Source of the DNA: an uncultured Acidobacteriota bacterium
Lineage (GTDB): Bacteria; Acidobacteriota; Terriglobia; UBA7540
Assembly: GCA_963804995.1 (NCBI GenBank)
Contig: CAWDSK010000009.1
Span: forward strand, 128,001 to 192,000
Direction of reading: 5' to 3'
DNA: 64,000 nucleotides
Under the pieces are notes generated by a model. It ran no database searches and was not told the origin of the DNA. It saw nothing but the letters and a program-made list of their open reading frames with translations. Position numbers and translations under genes: made by a program. Below, piece by piece: positions 19,293-29,523 of the stretch. Within the stretch, counting starts at the first letter, position 1; each line of letters opens with the position of its first letter.

Positions 19293-19584
19293 CATTTTGA
19301 GCAGCACCACTCCCACTGTCATCCTGAGCCCGTACTTGGGGCGAAGGCCCCCTGTAGTTCGCTCTTCCCAGTGCGCCGCGATAAACTGCCGAGGTCCTTC
19401 GGTCCGAAAGAACCGGGCCTCAGGATGACAGTGGGTTACGTGCGTGCTTTCCTTTTCGGGGGGTGGCGCTGAGATTGTATTTTATGTCGGCGACCGTTAA
19501 GAAGCCAGAACAGGCCACGGATAGCACGCGGTGACAGAGATGTTGCCCGTGTTCGTGGGACGCCCCGATGCATCGGGGCGCCAC
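19293..19584 (+). repeat. 292-bp direct repeat, right copy
   Basis: Near-identical to 17976-18267. Confidence 0.92.
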
Positions 19585-19625
19585 CCGCCGGCCCTCCTGC
19601 CCATTCAATACCTTTTGCCTTTGGT

Positions 19626-19825
19626 TTACTGGCGCACCCTGATGCGCGAGGCATCGACGGTGATCAATTTTCCCCGATAGTGTTCCATGCGCGGATGGAG
19701 TTCGAAATACGGTAATGAGATTGGAGACGCAATGATCGGCGAAAAGGCGCAACGCCATCAGGCGGTGACCTCAAATTCGGCCAGGTCACGCGCGTAGTCG
19801 AGGCAGGCGGCAATCTGCTGAGGAA
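19626..19825 (-). pseudogene. Remnant of a DUF433 antitoxin / DUF5615 PIN-like toxin pair
   Basis: QIAACLDYARDLAEFEVTA* (DUF433-like C-terminus) overlaps by TGATG with MALRLFADHCVSN, which is joined out of frame to HYRGKLITVDASRIRVRQ*. Confidence 0.65.
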
Positions 19826-20498
19826 GACCGCAAAGTTGCACCACCAAGACACCAAGGCACAAAGGAATAGCTGGAAGCGAAGAATCCCGTGCCGCCTTGA
19901 CCCAGGCCCCACTGTAACCACCCCGTCCCTCAGCTTTCTTGATGCCTTGGTGGTGGAAACAAATCTGGGATCTGAGGCGCTTTCACCGACGACAAAAATG
20001 AACCACCAAGTCACTAAGACACAAAGAAGGAGCTAGAGGAAGGGGCTTGAAAAACGGGTCAGTGCTGCCTCAAACGGGCGAGTTGTCCGACCTATTTCAT
20101 TTTTGGGCTACCGGTAGCCCTAAGGAGCGTTTATCTTATTGACATAGCCCAGTCGATTAAGAGCACAATAGAGATGAGGAAGAATTGTGCCCTGATGCGT
20201 CCAGAAAGCACTCGAAGAACCGCGGGCCCCAAGATCGGGAATCTGCCATGCCCTACCGTGAAGGCCGGTTTTCCTGGCGAACATCTCTCCGTACTACTGA
20301 GATTCTTCGTGAGGCGCGGAGATTTCGTGCCACGGGCAGGTCGGCCATGGCACGGCTTTGGTTGCGGCCACGCCGCGCTGTGTCCTCTGCGTCCCGAAGA
20401 CCAGAGGTTACGGAGAGGCTCTCGGTGAGCGGAGCGCCGTGCCAAGACGTGGCTGAAGTTCTTCCGTATTTCGGAACACAGCGTCCGCTGTTTGTGAA

Positions 20499-20744
20499 GA
20501 TGTTCATGAAAATAAAGGGGGTTAGGCGTGAGAAGGGGTTTTTTAGCAAAAACCTATCTAGTTGAAATTAAATGAGTTACATTTGCTGCGGGTAAGAAAA
20601 ATAGCGCAAATAATTTCGATCAGGATAGTCTGACGATGTGTATGAAAACAAAGGAAAACAAAAGCGACAATTTGGCAAGTCTAACGATGTTGATGAAAAC
20701 AAGTAAGTTGCGGTTGTTTTGCCACGATGTTTATGAAAAGAAAG
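20499..20744 (+). repeat. Four copies of an AT-rich ~19-bp motif GATGTNNATGAAAANAARG
   Basis: Copies start at 20499, 20635, 20686 and 20726; reverse copy at 45722-45740. Confidence 0.75.
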
Positions 20745-21113
20745 GTAGTTAGTGAAGAAAATGGGAAGAAAAATGGACCAAGCCGTCGCCATTCACAAAC
20801 GTACCGATCACCCGATCTCCGGATCACCCGATCTCCCGATCACTAGCCCCCGCCGGCCCACACTTCCCCGCTTCGGTAATCGGTGGGTTTGACGCCAGGG
20901 ATGAGGCAAATTCAGTGGCCCGTGACAAGCGGCTTGACCCCTCACCTGTCCCGCCCCGGCTGGTGAAAACGCCGGCGGCGGTCCACCCTCTCCCCTCGGA
21001 GAGGGCTATGAATTTTCGCCTTGGGCTGATGAAGCGATCGCCCCATCGCAAGATCATCCAATCACGCAATGACCCGATCGCCCGATCTGCCGATTCCGCG
21101 AGGGCTCCGAAGG

Positions 21114-21446
21114 TCAGCGATTGCCCGCAGGCTGGGGGACGGCGGCCACGGGGGCGCTGGCTGGTTGCGTTACCGGCTCTTCCGGCATCACGATCCAGGC
21201 AATGAAGTAGGCGAGAATTCCCCAGCCGGCAAACAAGACAAGCATCAGCCAGACAATTCGCACCACGGTGGGGTCGATTTCCGCGTAATTCGCAAATCCC
21301 GCGCAGACCCCGGCAATTTTCCGGTCCGTACGGGAGCGCGCCAGTTTCTTGGGCGGAGCGGTGGCTGGCGTGAACAGAGCCGTACCGCATTGGCAACAGA
21401 AATTGACGCGTTGGGGATATTCCTTTCCACATTGGGGGCAAAACAT
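21114..21446 (-). CDS. PspC domain protein with N-terminal zinc ribbon
   Basis: MFCPQCG..NFCCQCG, then RSRTDRKIAGVCAGFANY and AYFIAWIVMPEE. Confidence 0.9.
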   Translation of the reverse strand: MFCPQCGKEYPQRVNFCCQCGTALFTPATAPPKKLARSRTDRKIAGVCAGFANYAEIDPTVVRIVWLMLVLFAGWGILAYFIAWIVMPEEPVTQPASAPVAAVPQPAGNR

Positions 21447-21662
21447 GGTTCGAACCTCAACTTGGAGAATCACTGCTATCTGAGTATACGTCTGGGGAAT
21501 CGAAGAAGTTCCAAAATGCCTCCTCCCCGACACTCAGCTTGCCGAGAGGGTATGATCCGCACGATTTCGCACCCACGCCCAAGATTTTGGGGTAAGATTC
21601 GGCAATCATACAAGGTGCAGTCAAGCGGCGTAGTCTCCTGCCGGCGGCCGAGGAGTTTACAA

Positions 21663-22671
21663 ATGGTTCGGCGATCGCGCAGGCCTCTCACCATTTTCTT
21701 GCAGGGCTCTTCCCTACGACGGCGAGTGGCCTTCAGTCTGGCGTTGGTGCGGCTGATTCTGGTGCCGGTCATTTTCCTGGCGGTTTACTACCTTTTCCGC
21801 ATGGGCTCGATCGTGGACAGCATTGTCAACGTCGACGCCCCGGTGGCCACGGACGCCGAGCGCGCTTCCATCGAGATGCTTGACGCCCGGCGTGCGGAGC
21901 GCAACTACTTCCTGCTGCACGACCCCGCCGATATTGATGCGAACCACGATTACGTCCGGCAGTTGGAGCTAACCCTGCAGACTTGCCGAGCCTTGCAGCC
22001 GGAGGAAAAACCCACTTTTGATGAGCTGCAAGCGCAGATCGCACTTTACCGGAAGAGTTTCAATCACGCGGTGGAGCACCTGGGGCAGAGCAATCTGCCT
22101 CCTATCGAAAGCCTGCGCCGGGTGGTGCGGACGTATCAGAGAGACCTGGATGACGTTCCTGGCACACTCTCGCCGGGAGAGTCCCGCACAAATAATCGAA
22201 ACCTTGCGGGCCCGCATCGGCTCCTTCGACGCGGAAGTTGCGGCCACGGTGCAAGCCGAAGACCCGGAATTTCTCCAGACCGGCCGGGATTTGAATGCCG
22301 CCAGCCAGAAGATCATCGACCTTTCCACTGAACTTGAGAGCCGCAGTTGGCAGCGCGTGCAACATGACCACGAACGCGCCCGCGCCCTGCTGCTTCGCGC
22401 CGAGATCGTGGGAGGCATCATCTCCGCGCTTACACTGCTGGTGAGCATCTGGATCAGCTTCCTGCTGCCGCGCCAGGTCGTGAAGCCGCTGACCGATCTG
22501 AAAGAGGCAGTCGACCACGCGGCCGGAGGAAATTATGAAATCGAGTTCGCTGTGAAAGGCGAAGGCGAAGTCGTGCAGCTTGCCAATAGCGTGCGCAACC
22601 TGATCAGCCACGTGCGGGAGAAGAAAACCAACGGCGACCCTGCGTCGAAAACCAAGGAGGCGAGTGGCTGA
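21663..22671 (+). CDS. Membrane sensor-like protein (TM, helical periplasmic domain, TM, HAMP), frameshift near 22158
   Basis: MLDARRAERNYFL sensor motif in one frame; second TM and HAMP (VKPLTDLKEAVDHAAGGNY...GEVVQLANSV) in the next frame. Confidence 0.7.
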
Positions 22672-22914
22672 GGCGAACCCCGGCGCGCCAGGATAGGCAC
22701 TGGGCACCGGGGTGGCCCGCGTCCCGGGAAATTTCGCTGGCGGGTCACGTTAATGTCGTAGCGGCGAGTTTACCTCGCCAATTGGCGGCGGAAGCCGCCT
22801 CCACATCAAATTGACAGACTACGGGAACTCCAAACCCCTTGACGAATCCGCTATTTCGCTTTATTTCTGATACTCCACTTGAACGTAGGGAGTCCTATTA
22901 CATAAGGAGCTGAC

Positions 22915-23379
22915 ATGAAGGGTAAACCGGAAGTCATCGAAGTCCTGGCTAAAATGCTCAAAGAGGAATTGGGGGCCATCAGCGAGTATTTCATCCACGC
23001 GGAGATGTGCGAAAACTGGGGCTACAAGAAGTTGAGCGATCATACCAAGAAAGAGTCCATCAACGAGATGAAGCACGCGGAGACGCTGATCGAGCGAATC
23101 CTCTTTTTGGATGGCACGCCCAATCTGAACGATTTGCCGAAGCTGGCGGTGGGCAAGGACGTGAAGCAGCAGTTCGAAAACGACTTGGCGCTCGAAAGGA
23201 ATGCGGTGATCGAATACAACGCCGGGATTGCGATTTGCCGCAAAGCGGGTGACCATGCCTCGGCCGACCTGCTCCAGGCCATCCTGGCGGATGAAGAAGA
23301 ACACGTCGATTTCCTTGAAGAGCAACTGGGGCTCATCGAACACGTCGGCATTCAGAATTACCTCGCTCTGCAGGTGTGA
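22915..23379 (+). CDS. bfr: Bacterioferritin
   Basis: MKGKPEVI, EL.AI..Y.IH, EMKHA..LIERILFLDG.PN, DEEEH; AAGGAG RBS. Confidence 0.96.
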   Translation: MKGKPEVIEVLAKMLKEELGAISEYFIHAEMCENWGYKKLSDHTKKESINEMKHAETLIERILFLDGTPNLNDLPKLAVGKDVKQQFENDLALERNAVIEYNAGIAICRKAGDHASADLLQAILADEEEHVDFLEEQLGLIEHVGIQNYLALQV

Positions 23380-23526
23380 AGGTAGCCCCGGCCTCCGTGC
23401 CGGTAAAGGTGAAGTTCCCCGGAATCCTCTGGCGTGGGGGGCCTAGCGGGTAGCCACGGCGACACCGTGGCTACCCCCCCCGAGATCATCAATGAACTTC
23501 TGACTCAGGACGCGAGTCCCGTTCTG

Positions 23527-24975
23527 CTATCCCTTGATAACCCCCAGCGGCTTCAGCCTCGCCACACGGCGCGCCAGGCCCGCGTTGTGCACTACGTCGA
23601 TGACCGCATCGACATCCTTGTAAGCTTCCGGAATTTCTTCTGAAATGCCGTCGCGCGTCTCGGCACGCACGATGATGCCGAGGTCTTCCAGGCGCTGCTT
23701 GGCGTTCTGCGCGTAACTCGATTTCTTTGCCGCCGTGCGGCTCATCACCCGGCCCGCCCCGTGACAAGTGGTGCCAAAGCTTTCCTGCATGGCGCCCTCG
23801 GCGCCCACCAGCACGTATGACGACGTCCCCATCGAGCCGGGGATCAGCACGGGCTGGCCCACGTGCTGGTAGACCTGCGGCACGTCGGGGTGGCCGGGCG
23901 GGAAGGCGCGCGTGGCGCCCTTGCGGTGCACCATGACCTCGCGCTCGCGGCCTTCAACCTGGTGGCGCTCGAGCTTCGCGATGTTGTGGCATACGTCGTA
24001 GATGACACGCAGTTCCTCTTGCTCGCCAAAAATCCGCTTAAACGCCTGGCGAGTGAAGTGCGTGATGCCCTGGCGATTGGCCCATGCATAATTAGCCGCC
24101 GCGCGCATGGCGCCGAGGTAAGCCTGCCCTTCCGGAGACTTCACCGGCACGCAGGCCAGTTGACGGTCCGGCAGGTCGATGTCGTAGCGGTGCATGGCCG
24201 GACCCATGTCGCGCAGGTAATCCGTGCACACCTGGTGGCCGAGGCCGCGCGAGCCGGAATGAAGCAGCACCACAATCTCGTTTTCGTAGAGCCCCAAGGC
24301 CTCCGCGCGGCCGGGATCGAACACGCGCTCTACGTATTGCACCTCCAGGAAGTGATTGCCTGATCCAAGAGTGCCAACCTGCGGCAAGCCGCGCTTCTTG
24401 GCGTGATCGCTCACCGCCGTGGGGTCCGCACCGTCGATAGCGCCGCTTTCCTCGCAGTGCGTCAAGTCTTCGGCGTAACCGTAGCCATGGTCGGCCATCC
24501 ACGCGGCGCCATCCACGAGGAGCTTATCGAGCTCAGGATAGGAAATTCGAATATTGCCGCTCTGCCCGGCGCCGGAGGGAATGTCGCGAAACAACTGGTT
24601 GACCAGCTCGCGAATCTTCGGCCGGACCTCGTCGACACGGAGCGCGCTGCCGAGCAAACGCACTCCGCAGTTGATGTCGAAGCCCACGCCCCCGGGTGAG
24701 ACCACACCGTCGTGGTGCGGGTCGGTGGCTGCCACCCCGCCGATGGGGAATCCGTAGCCCTGATGAATGTCGGGCATGGCGAGCGACCGGCCCACGATGC
24801 CCGGCAGCATCGCCACGTTAATCGCCTGCTCGAGCGAGAGGTCTTTCATCAGATCCTTCAGCAGCCGCTCGTCGGTGAAAATCAGCGCGTCCGTCAGCAT
24901 GCCGGGCTTGGTGCCGCGCGGTATCAGCCAGCGATAATCGTTGAGCTTCTTCAGTTGGTGTAATTCCAGAGGCAT
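23527..24975 (-). CDS. rtcB: RNA-splicing ligase RtcB
   Basis: MPDIHQGYGFPIG, DINCG, GSGNHF, HSGSRG, HRKGAT, PGSMG, HGAGR, AYKD. Confidence 0.96.
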   Translation of the reverse strand: MPLELHQLKKLNDYRWLIPRGTKPGMLTDALIFTDERLLKDLMKDLSLEQAINVAMLPGIVGRSLAMPDIHQGYGFPIGGVAATDPHHDGVVSPGGVGFDINCGVRLLGSALRVDEVRPKIRELVNQLFRDIPSGAGQSGNIRISYPELDKLLVDGAAWMADHGYGYAEDLTHCEESGAIDGADPTAVSDHAKKRGLPQVGTLGSGNHFLEVQYVERVFDPGRAEALGLYENEIVVLLHSGSRGLGHQVCTDYLRDMGPAMHRYDIDLPDRQLACVPVKSPEGQAYLGAMRAAANYAWANRQGITHFTRQAFKRIFGEQEELRVIYDVCHNIAKLERHQVEGREREVMVHRKGATRAFPPGHPDVPQVYQHVGQPVLIPGSMGTSSYVLVGAEGAMQESFGTTCHGAGRVMSRTAAKKSSYAQNAKQRLEDLGIIVRAETRDGISEEIPEAYKDVDAVIDVVHNAGLARRVARLKPLGVIKG

Positions 24976-25056
24976 GGTAATCCTCGGACCAGGGCCGACT
25001 CGCGTGAAATCTGAAGTTGATTATAGCAGGGTGCGACCGCAAGCCCCTGGCTGCCA

Positions 25057-25085
25057 TTGACGCCTGCCCGGCGCAGTCCTACAAT
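25057..25085 (+). promoter_or_regulatory. Putative sigma-70 promoter; divergent extended -10 (TGCTATAAT) for rtcB at 25020-25028 on the minus strand
   Basis: TTGACG-N17-TACAAT. Confidence 0.6.
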
Positions 25086-25132
25086 CCTCCTGCGTGGCAT
25101 CCCGTGCCCGCGGCACGAAAAGGAGATTTCAG

Positions 25133-25780
25133 ATGAGACTGTTGCGGATAGGTGCACTCGTAGCGGTATGGATTGTTATCTTTTGTGGTCTCTTTACTTG
25201 GACCCCAGGTGGCGCTTCGGCTTGGACGCCCCAAGCCACCGACGCGCAAAAGCAGTTGCCCTTCGGTGACCTGCTCACTACCTACGAACCCAGCAAATCT
25301 TTCGGGGCGCATCAGTTCACGCCCTTTGGCGACAGCAAATTCACCTTCACGATCTCCACCCCCAGCGGCTGGGAATCGCATCTGAGCGAGGTTGACCCCG
25401 ACCAGATCGCGCACGACACCGATGCCGCCGTTCCCATCGCGGAGTTCAGTCCCAGCGGCGCTGACGACGTTGGGATCAACGTGCAGTATATAAAGGTGGC
25501 GGCGGAGAAGTCGCTGGCGACGGTGGTCGATGAGTACGTCAAGGCCAACACCGGCACCGTGGTGACGCGACAGCAGCTTGACTTCAAAGGTCATAGCCTG
25601 GAAGACGCGCTGATGAAAAACAACAACGACGACCTGGGGCCGATACTGACGCGCGTGACACTGCTGCGCCGGGGCACGATCGTTTTCATCTATTCGGGCT
25701 GGTGCGTCGAGGAGAATTACGACAAGTACAAGCGCCTGTTCGGCGCCGTGCTCGAATCCTTTACCCCGGCCGCCAACTAA
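25133..25780 (+). CDS. Hypothetical exported protein (possibly PsbP/Mog1-like fold)
   Basis: AAGGAG RBS, signal-peptide-like N-terminus, ISTPSGW and C-terminal YDKYKRLFGAVLESF. Confidence 0.7.
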   Translation: MRLLRIGALVAVWIVIFCGLFTWTPGGASAWTPQATDAQKQLPFGDLLTTYEPSKSFGAHQFTPFGDSKFTFTISTPSGWESHLSEVDPDQIAHDTDAAVPIAEFSPSGADDVGINVQYIKVAAEKSLATVVDEYVKANTGTVVTRQQLDFKGHSLEDALMKNNNDDLGPILTRVTLLRRGTIVFIYSGWCVEENYDKYKRLFGAVLESFTPAAN

Positions 25781-26934
25781 ATTACCGTAGCACGCTGAAA
25801 ATACTCGAACCAGCCTCGCAGCGTACGGTTCACGTCGGTGAGGATGGCCGCCCAGCTCTGCCCGTAGGTCCGTCGGGTTTTACCCCGCATCGTGTCTTTG
25901 AATTTGCCCAGGCTTTTCGCGCGCGGCCAACGCGTGCCCGCCGCGAAGTGATAGCCCAGAAAGTCAAAGCCGCCCGGCAGCCGGGCATCCACGATCCGCG
26001 TCTTCGTGGGATGCAGCGTCAATCCCGCCGAGGCCGTCCAGGCTTGTACCCCGGCCCATGCCGCACGGGCTTCCGCCTCATCGCGACACAGAATCACGAA
26101 GTTGTCGGCGTACCGAATCATCTCGTAGCCCGGCTTGGCCATCTGCTGGTTGAGCGGGTTGAGATAGATATTGGACAGCAGCGGACTGACCACGGCGCCT
26201 TGCGGAGTTCCCTCCTCCGGCGTCCACCCTTCCGCTGTTTCCATCACCTTTTGGGTGAGGAACGCTTCGAGCCGTTCGAGCACCCGGCCATCCGCCACCT
26301 TTACCTGCACGCGGTCGATCAACGCCGCATGCGGAATCGTGTCGAAATAGCTTTTCAGGTCCGCGTCCACCACCCAGTTGTATCCTGTCTGCAACAAGGT
26401 GTCGACCCGGCGCAGCGCGTCCTTGCAGCCCCGATTCGGTCGAAACCCGTAGCTTTGCGCCGCGAAGTCCCGCTCGAAGATCGGCTCCAGCACTGCCCGG
26501 AGCGCCGTCTGTACCACCCGGTCACGCACCGTCGGAATCCCCAAGGGTCGCTTTTCTTTGCTCCCCAATTTGCGGATCCAGTGACGCCGTATCGCCTGCG
26601 GGCGATAGCTTCCCTCCCGCAGCCCGCGCGCCAGCTTTTCCAGGTTCGCCTCCAAGTGGTGCTCGAACTCGGCTACCGTCACATGGTCCACTCCCGCCGC
26701 TCCTTGGTTGGCCTTCACGCGAGCGAAGGCTTGCCGCAAAGTCGGCAGAGCGCAGACCTTATCCATCAGGCTGTACCACCTGCTTCCTTTCACTCCCTGT
26801 TCGAGAGCCGTCAACATCCGTTCCGTCCCAACCTCGGCTTCGACCCAGGCCCATCGAGCCTGAATCTCTCCGGCGGGGGTAGCTCGTTTTCCGAGCACTC
26901 CGTCCGGGGGGGCTTGCGGTGGTTTGTCCGTCAC
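25777..26934 (-). pseudogene. ltrA: Group II intron reverse transcriptase/maturase, truncated in domain X, YADD read as YADN
   Basis: GAAGVD, RPLGIPTVRDRVVQ, SYGFRP, DADLKSYFD, GTPQG, RYADN, GFDFLGY, LRGWFEYF then stop. Confidence 0.88.
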
Positions 26935-27291
26935 GTCTCCACCTTCCTGCGCTCCCTTCGCTCCATGGCCGTTACGCCACTTCTTCGCTACTATGGGCGC
27001 TGTGACTCCGGCGTGCACGCGCTCTTCCCGGCCCTTTCCAGGCGGCGGGGGCGGCTCTTCTACACGCCGGTCTCCCTGATTCACGCCACCGGCCTTCCGG
27101 CCATTCTGTCTCCAATCACCTGCGGGCGCTCCGTCTCACCAAGGCACGTTACCTGTGGGTGGATCGGACCAAGACGGCTTCCCTCTATGGGTTGTGCTCC
27201 CTCCGGGAACTCGGGGCTTCGTCCTCAGCTGGCAGACTCGCCGCTCCCCGCCGGCCGAATCGAGTTTCTTATCGTACGGGACCCGCCGCAC
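25777..27291 (-). mobile_element. Group II intron, 3'-truncated
   Basis: GTGCG 5' end at 27291, ~350-nt leader, then an RT ORF; no DV/DVI recognisable after the ORF. Confidence 0.8.
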
Positions 27292-27365
27292 TTGAGAGCC
27301 GGCCGGCCCTTGCCTGAGCGTGCGGCCCGTCTGCATAAATCAAAAGGAGTAGAGGAGAAAAGAGA

Positions 27366-28187
27366 ATGAACACGTTCACTACGAAAGATGGAACCTTAAT
27401 CTACTACAAGGACTGGGGAACGGGACCGGCGGTCACGTTCTCGCACGGATGGCCTTTGAGTGCCGATGCTTGGGACGCACAAATGTTGTTTCTCGGGCAG
27501 CGAGGTTATCGTGTCATCGCCCATGATCGTCGCGGCCACGGACGTTCGGGCCAGACTTGGCACGGCAACAACATGGATCAATACGCCGACGATCTGGCCG
27601 AGCTGATGAATCATCTTGATCTTAAAAATGCCACGATGGTCGGCCATTCCACCGGCGGAGGCGAGGTTGCCCGCTACATCGCGCGGCATGGGCAGAAGCG
27701 TGTAACAAAGGTCGTTCTGATTGCCGCCGTTCCCCCGCTGATGCTCAAGACGGAGAAGAATCCCGGCGGTTTGCCGCTGTCGGTTTTCGATGATAACCGC
27801 AACGCTGTCGTCAAGGATCGCTCGCAGTTCTTTAAGGACCTGAGTCTCCCGTTTTATGGCTACAACAAACCGGGCGCGAAAGTCTCCGAGGGAGTTCGGG
27901 AAGCATTCTGGTTGCAGGGGATGCAAGCCTCGATCGTTGGCGCCTACGACTGCATCAAGGCTTTCTCCGAAACGGATCAAACTGAAGATCTCAAGAAAAT
28001 CGATGTCCCGGCGCTGGTGATTCAGGGCGATGCCGATCAGATCGTGCCGATCGATGATTCGGGGAGACTGAGTGCAAAAATTATGAAGAATGCGACCCTG
28101 AAAGTGATTGCCGGCGCCCCCCACGGGCTATGCACTACCCATGCGGATGTCATCAATCAGGAACTTCTCGCATTTCTTCAGAAATAG
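27366..28187 (+). CDS. Non-heme chloroperoxidase / arylesterase (alpha/beta hydrolase)
   Basis: [42 protein letters not shown]. Confidence 0.92.
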   Translation: MNTFTTKDGTLIYYKDWGTGPAVTFSHGWPLSADAWDAQMLFLGQRGYRVIAHDRRGHGRSGQTWHGNNMDQYADDLAELMNHLDLKNATMVGHSTGGGEVARYIARHGQKRVTKVVLIAAVPPLMLKTEKNPGGLPLSVFDDNRNAVVKDRSQFFKDLSLPFYGYNKPGAKVSEGVREAFWLQGMQASIVGAYDCIKAFSETDQTEDLKKIDVPALVIQGDADQIVPIDDSGRLSAKIMKNATLKVIAGAPHGLCTTHADVINQELLAFLQK

Positions 28188-28264
28188 CCGGTGGCAGCGT
28201 GACGGCGCCTGATGTCTGCTATCATTTCAGCTTCCCTGGAAACTGATGCCTGCGAGGTGTCTCT

Positions 28265-28972
28265 GTGGACTTTGAAGACCGTGTGGCTATGGTAACGGGC
28301 GGATCTGGGGCGCTGGGCAGCGCCGTGACTCAGGATCTGCTCGCAAATGGCGCTCGCGTGGCCGTGCCCTATGCCGTCGAAGGAGAATGGGTAGCGCTTG
28401 AGGATCGTGCCGGCTCGATGCGTGATCGCTTGTGGGGCGCGTCTGTCGATTTGACCAAGGCAGCAGCCGTGGAGCATTTCGCCGCGGACGTCGCTGCACG
28501 CTGGGGAAGGATCGATTTCCTGGTCTGCATTGCCGGTGGATTTGCGGCCGGGAAAATCCACGAAACCAGCGAGGAGAGCTGGGATCGGATGTTCGATCTG
28601 AATGTCAAAACGGTTCACCTCGCCCTGCGTGCCGCCGTACCGGTAATGATCAAACAGAACTTTGGCCGCATCATCACCATTTCGAGTGGAGCTATTCTCA
28701 AGGGAGGCGGGGCCGGCATTGCCGCCTACGCCATCTCGAAGGGCGCCGTTCGCCAGCTTACGGAGATTCTGGCGGACGAACTGAAAGGTCACGATATCCG
28801 CGCCCACTGCATCATGCCCGGGACCATGGACACTGCGGCGAATCGCCGCGATATGCCTAAAGCGGACTTTTCCCAGTGGGTCTCAACCGCCGACGTGGCG
28901 CGCGTCATCCACTTCCTGCTGAGCGACGAGGCGCGGGCCATCCGATCCGTGGTGGTCCCGGTGCTGGGTTGA
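28265..28972 (+). CDS. SDR family oxidoreductase
   Basis: TGGSGALG, YAISK, PGTMDT.ANR. Confidence 0.92.
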   Translation: MDFEDRVAMVTGGSGALGSAVTQDLLANGARVAVPYAVEGEWVALEDRAGSMRDRLWGASVDLTKAAAVEHFAADVAARWGRIDFLVCIAGGFAAGKIHETSEESWDRMFDLNVKTVHLALRAAVPVMIKQNFGRIITISSGAILKGGGAGIAAYAISKGAVRQLTEILADELKGHDIRAHCIMPGTMDTAANRRDMPKADFSQWVSTADVARVIHFLLSDEARAIRSVVVPVLG

Positions 28973-29009
28973 GGCCTGGATCAGTGGAGAGCGGCGGTTC
29001 TGAGAGGAA

Positions 29010-29266
29010 TAACCACCCTGGCGCCCCAGGCGCTACCGTAACCACCCCGGCGCTCGGGGCACTACCCCTTGTAACCACCCCGCCGCCCAAGGCGGCACCC
29101 CTCCTGAATCAGGAGGGGAGTTCCGCTTTAAAGCTCCCCGCCTCAGATGAGGCGGGGTGGCGCTTAGAGCGCCGGGGTGGTGCTGACAAGATAAAGCGGT
29201 GGTGCTGAACAGAGCGTAGCACCGACCTTGAGGTCGGCACGTGTCCCGACAGGTCGGGACGCTACA
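29010..29266. repeat. Palindromic repeat cluster between convergent genes
   Basis: ACCACCCC.../CCCCTCCTGAATCAGGAGGGG hairpins and a GTAG REP copy at 29216-29266. Confidence 0.7.
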
Positions 29267-29523
29267 ACCGGGCTGAGCTCAGGCTCAGCGTCGGGGTGGT
29301 GCTGCGCATGGAACAAAGCGGTGGTGCTGAGGAGGGGATAAAGGGGTGGCACCACTAAACGCAGCGACAACGCATTTTCGGGAGACGCTCCCGGCGCCTG
29401 CGAGGCGGCTATCTGGGACATATTTGTCCCACTAGTTGCGCTCCGCGGGGTGTAGCGCGCGAGGTCCCACCAAAAACCGAGGGACTGGGACAAGCAAAAA
29501 GGTCCGGCAGACGGACGGATCGG

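Noticed and set aside
20499..20744. Possible CRISPR array
   Set aside because: Repeats are short and degenerate with irregular spacing, and no cas genes are present
23527..24975. rtcB as part of an RNA-repair operon or linked to the nearby intron
   Set aside because: No rtcA, rtcR, archease, Ro/Y-RNA or tRNA is adjacent; proximity to the intron looks incidental
25777..26934. Retron, DGR or defence-type RT
   Set aside because: Has group II domain 0/2a motifs, a GTGCG 5' end and domain X start; no TR/VR pair, msr-msd or effector gene seen
25702..27369. 555-aa plus-strand ORF over the intron
   Set aside because: Antisense shadow of the GC-rich RT gene
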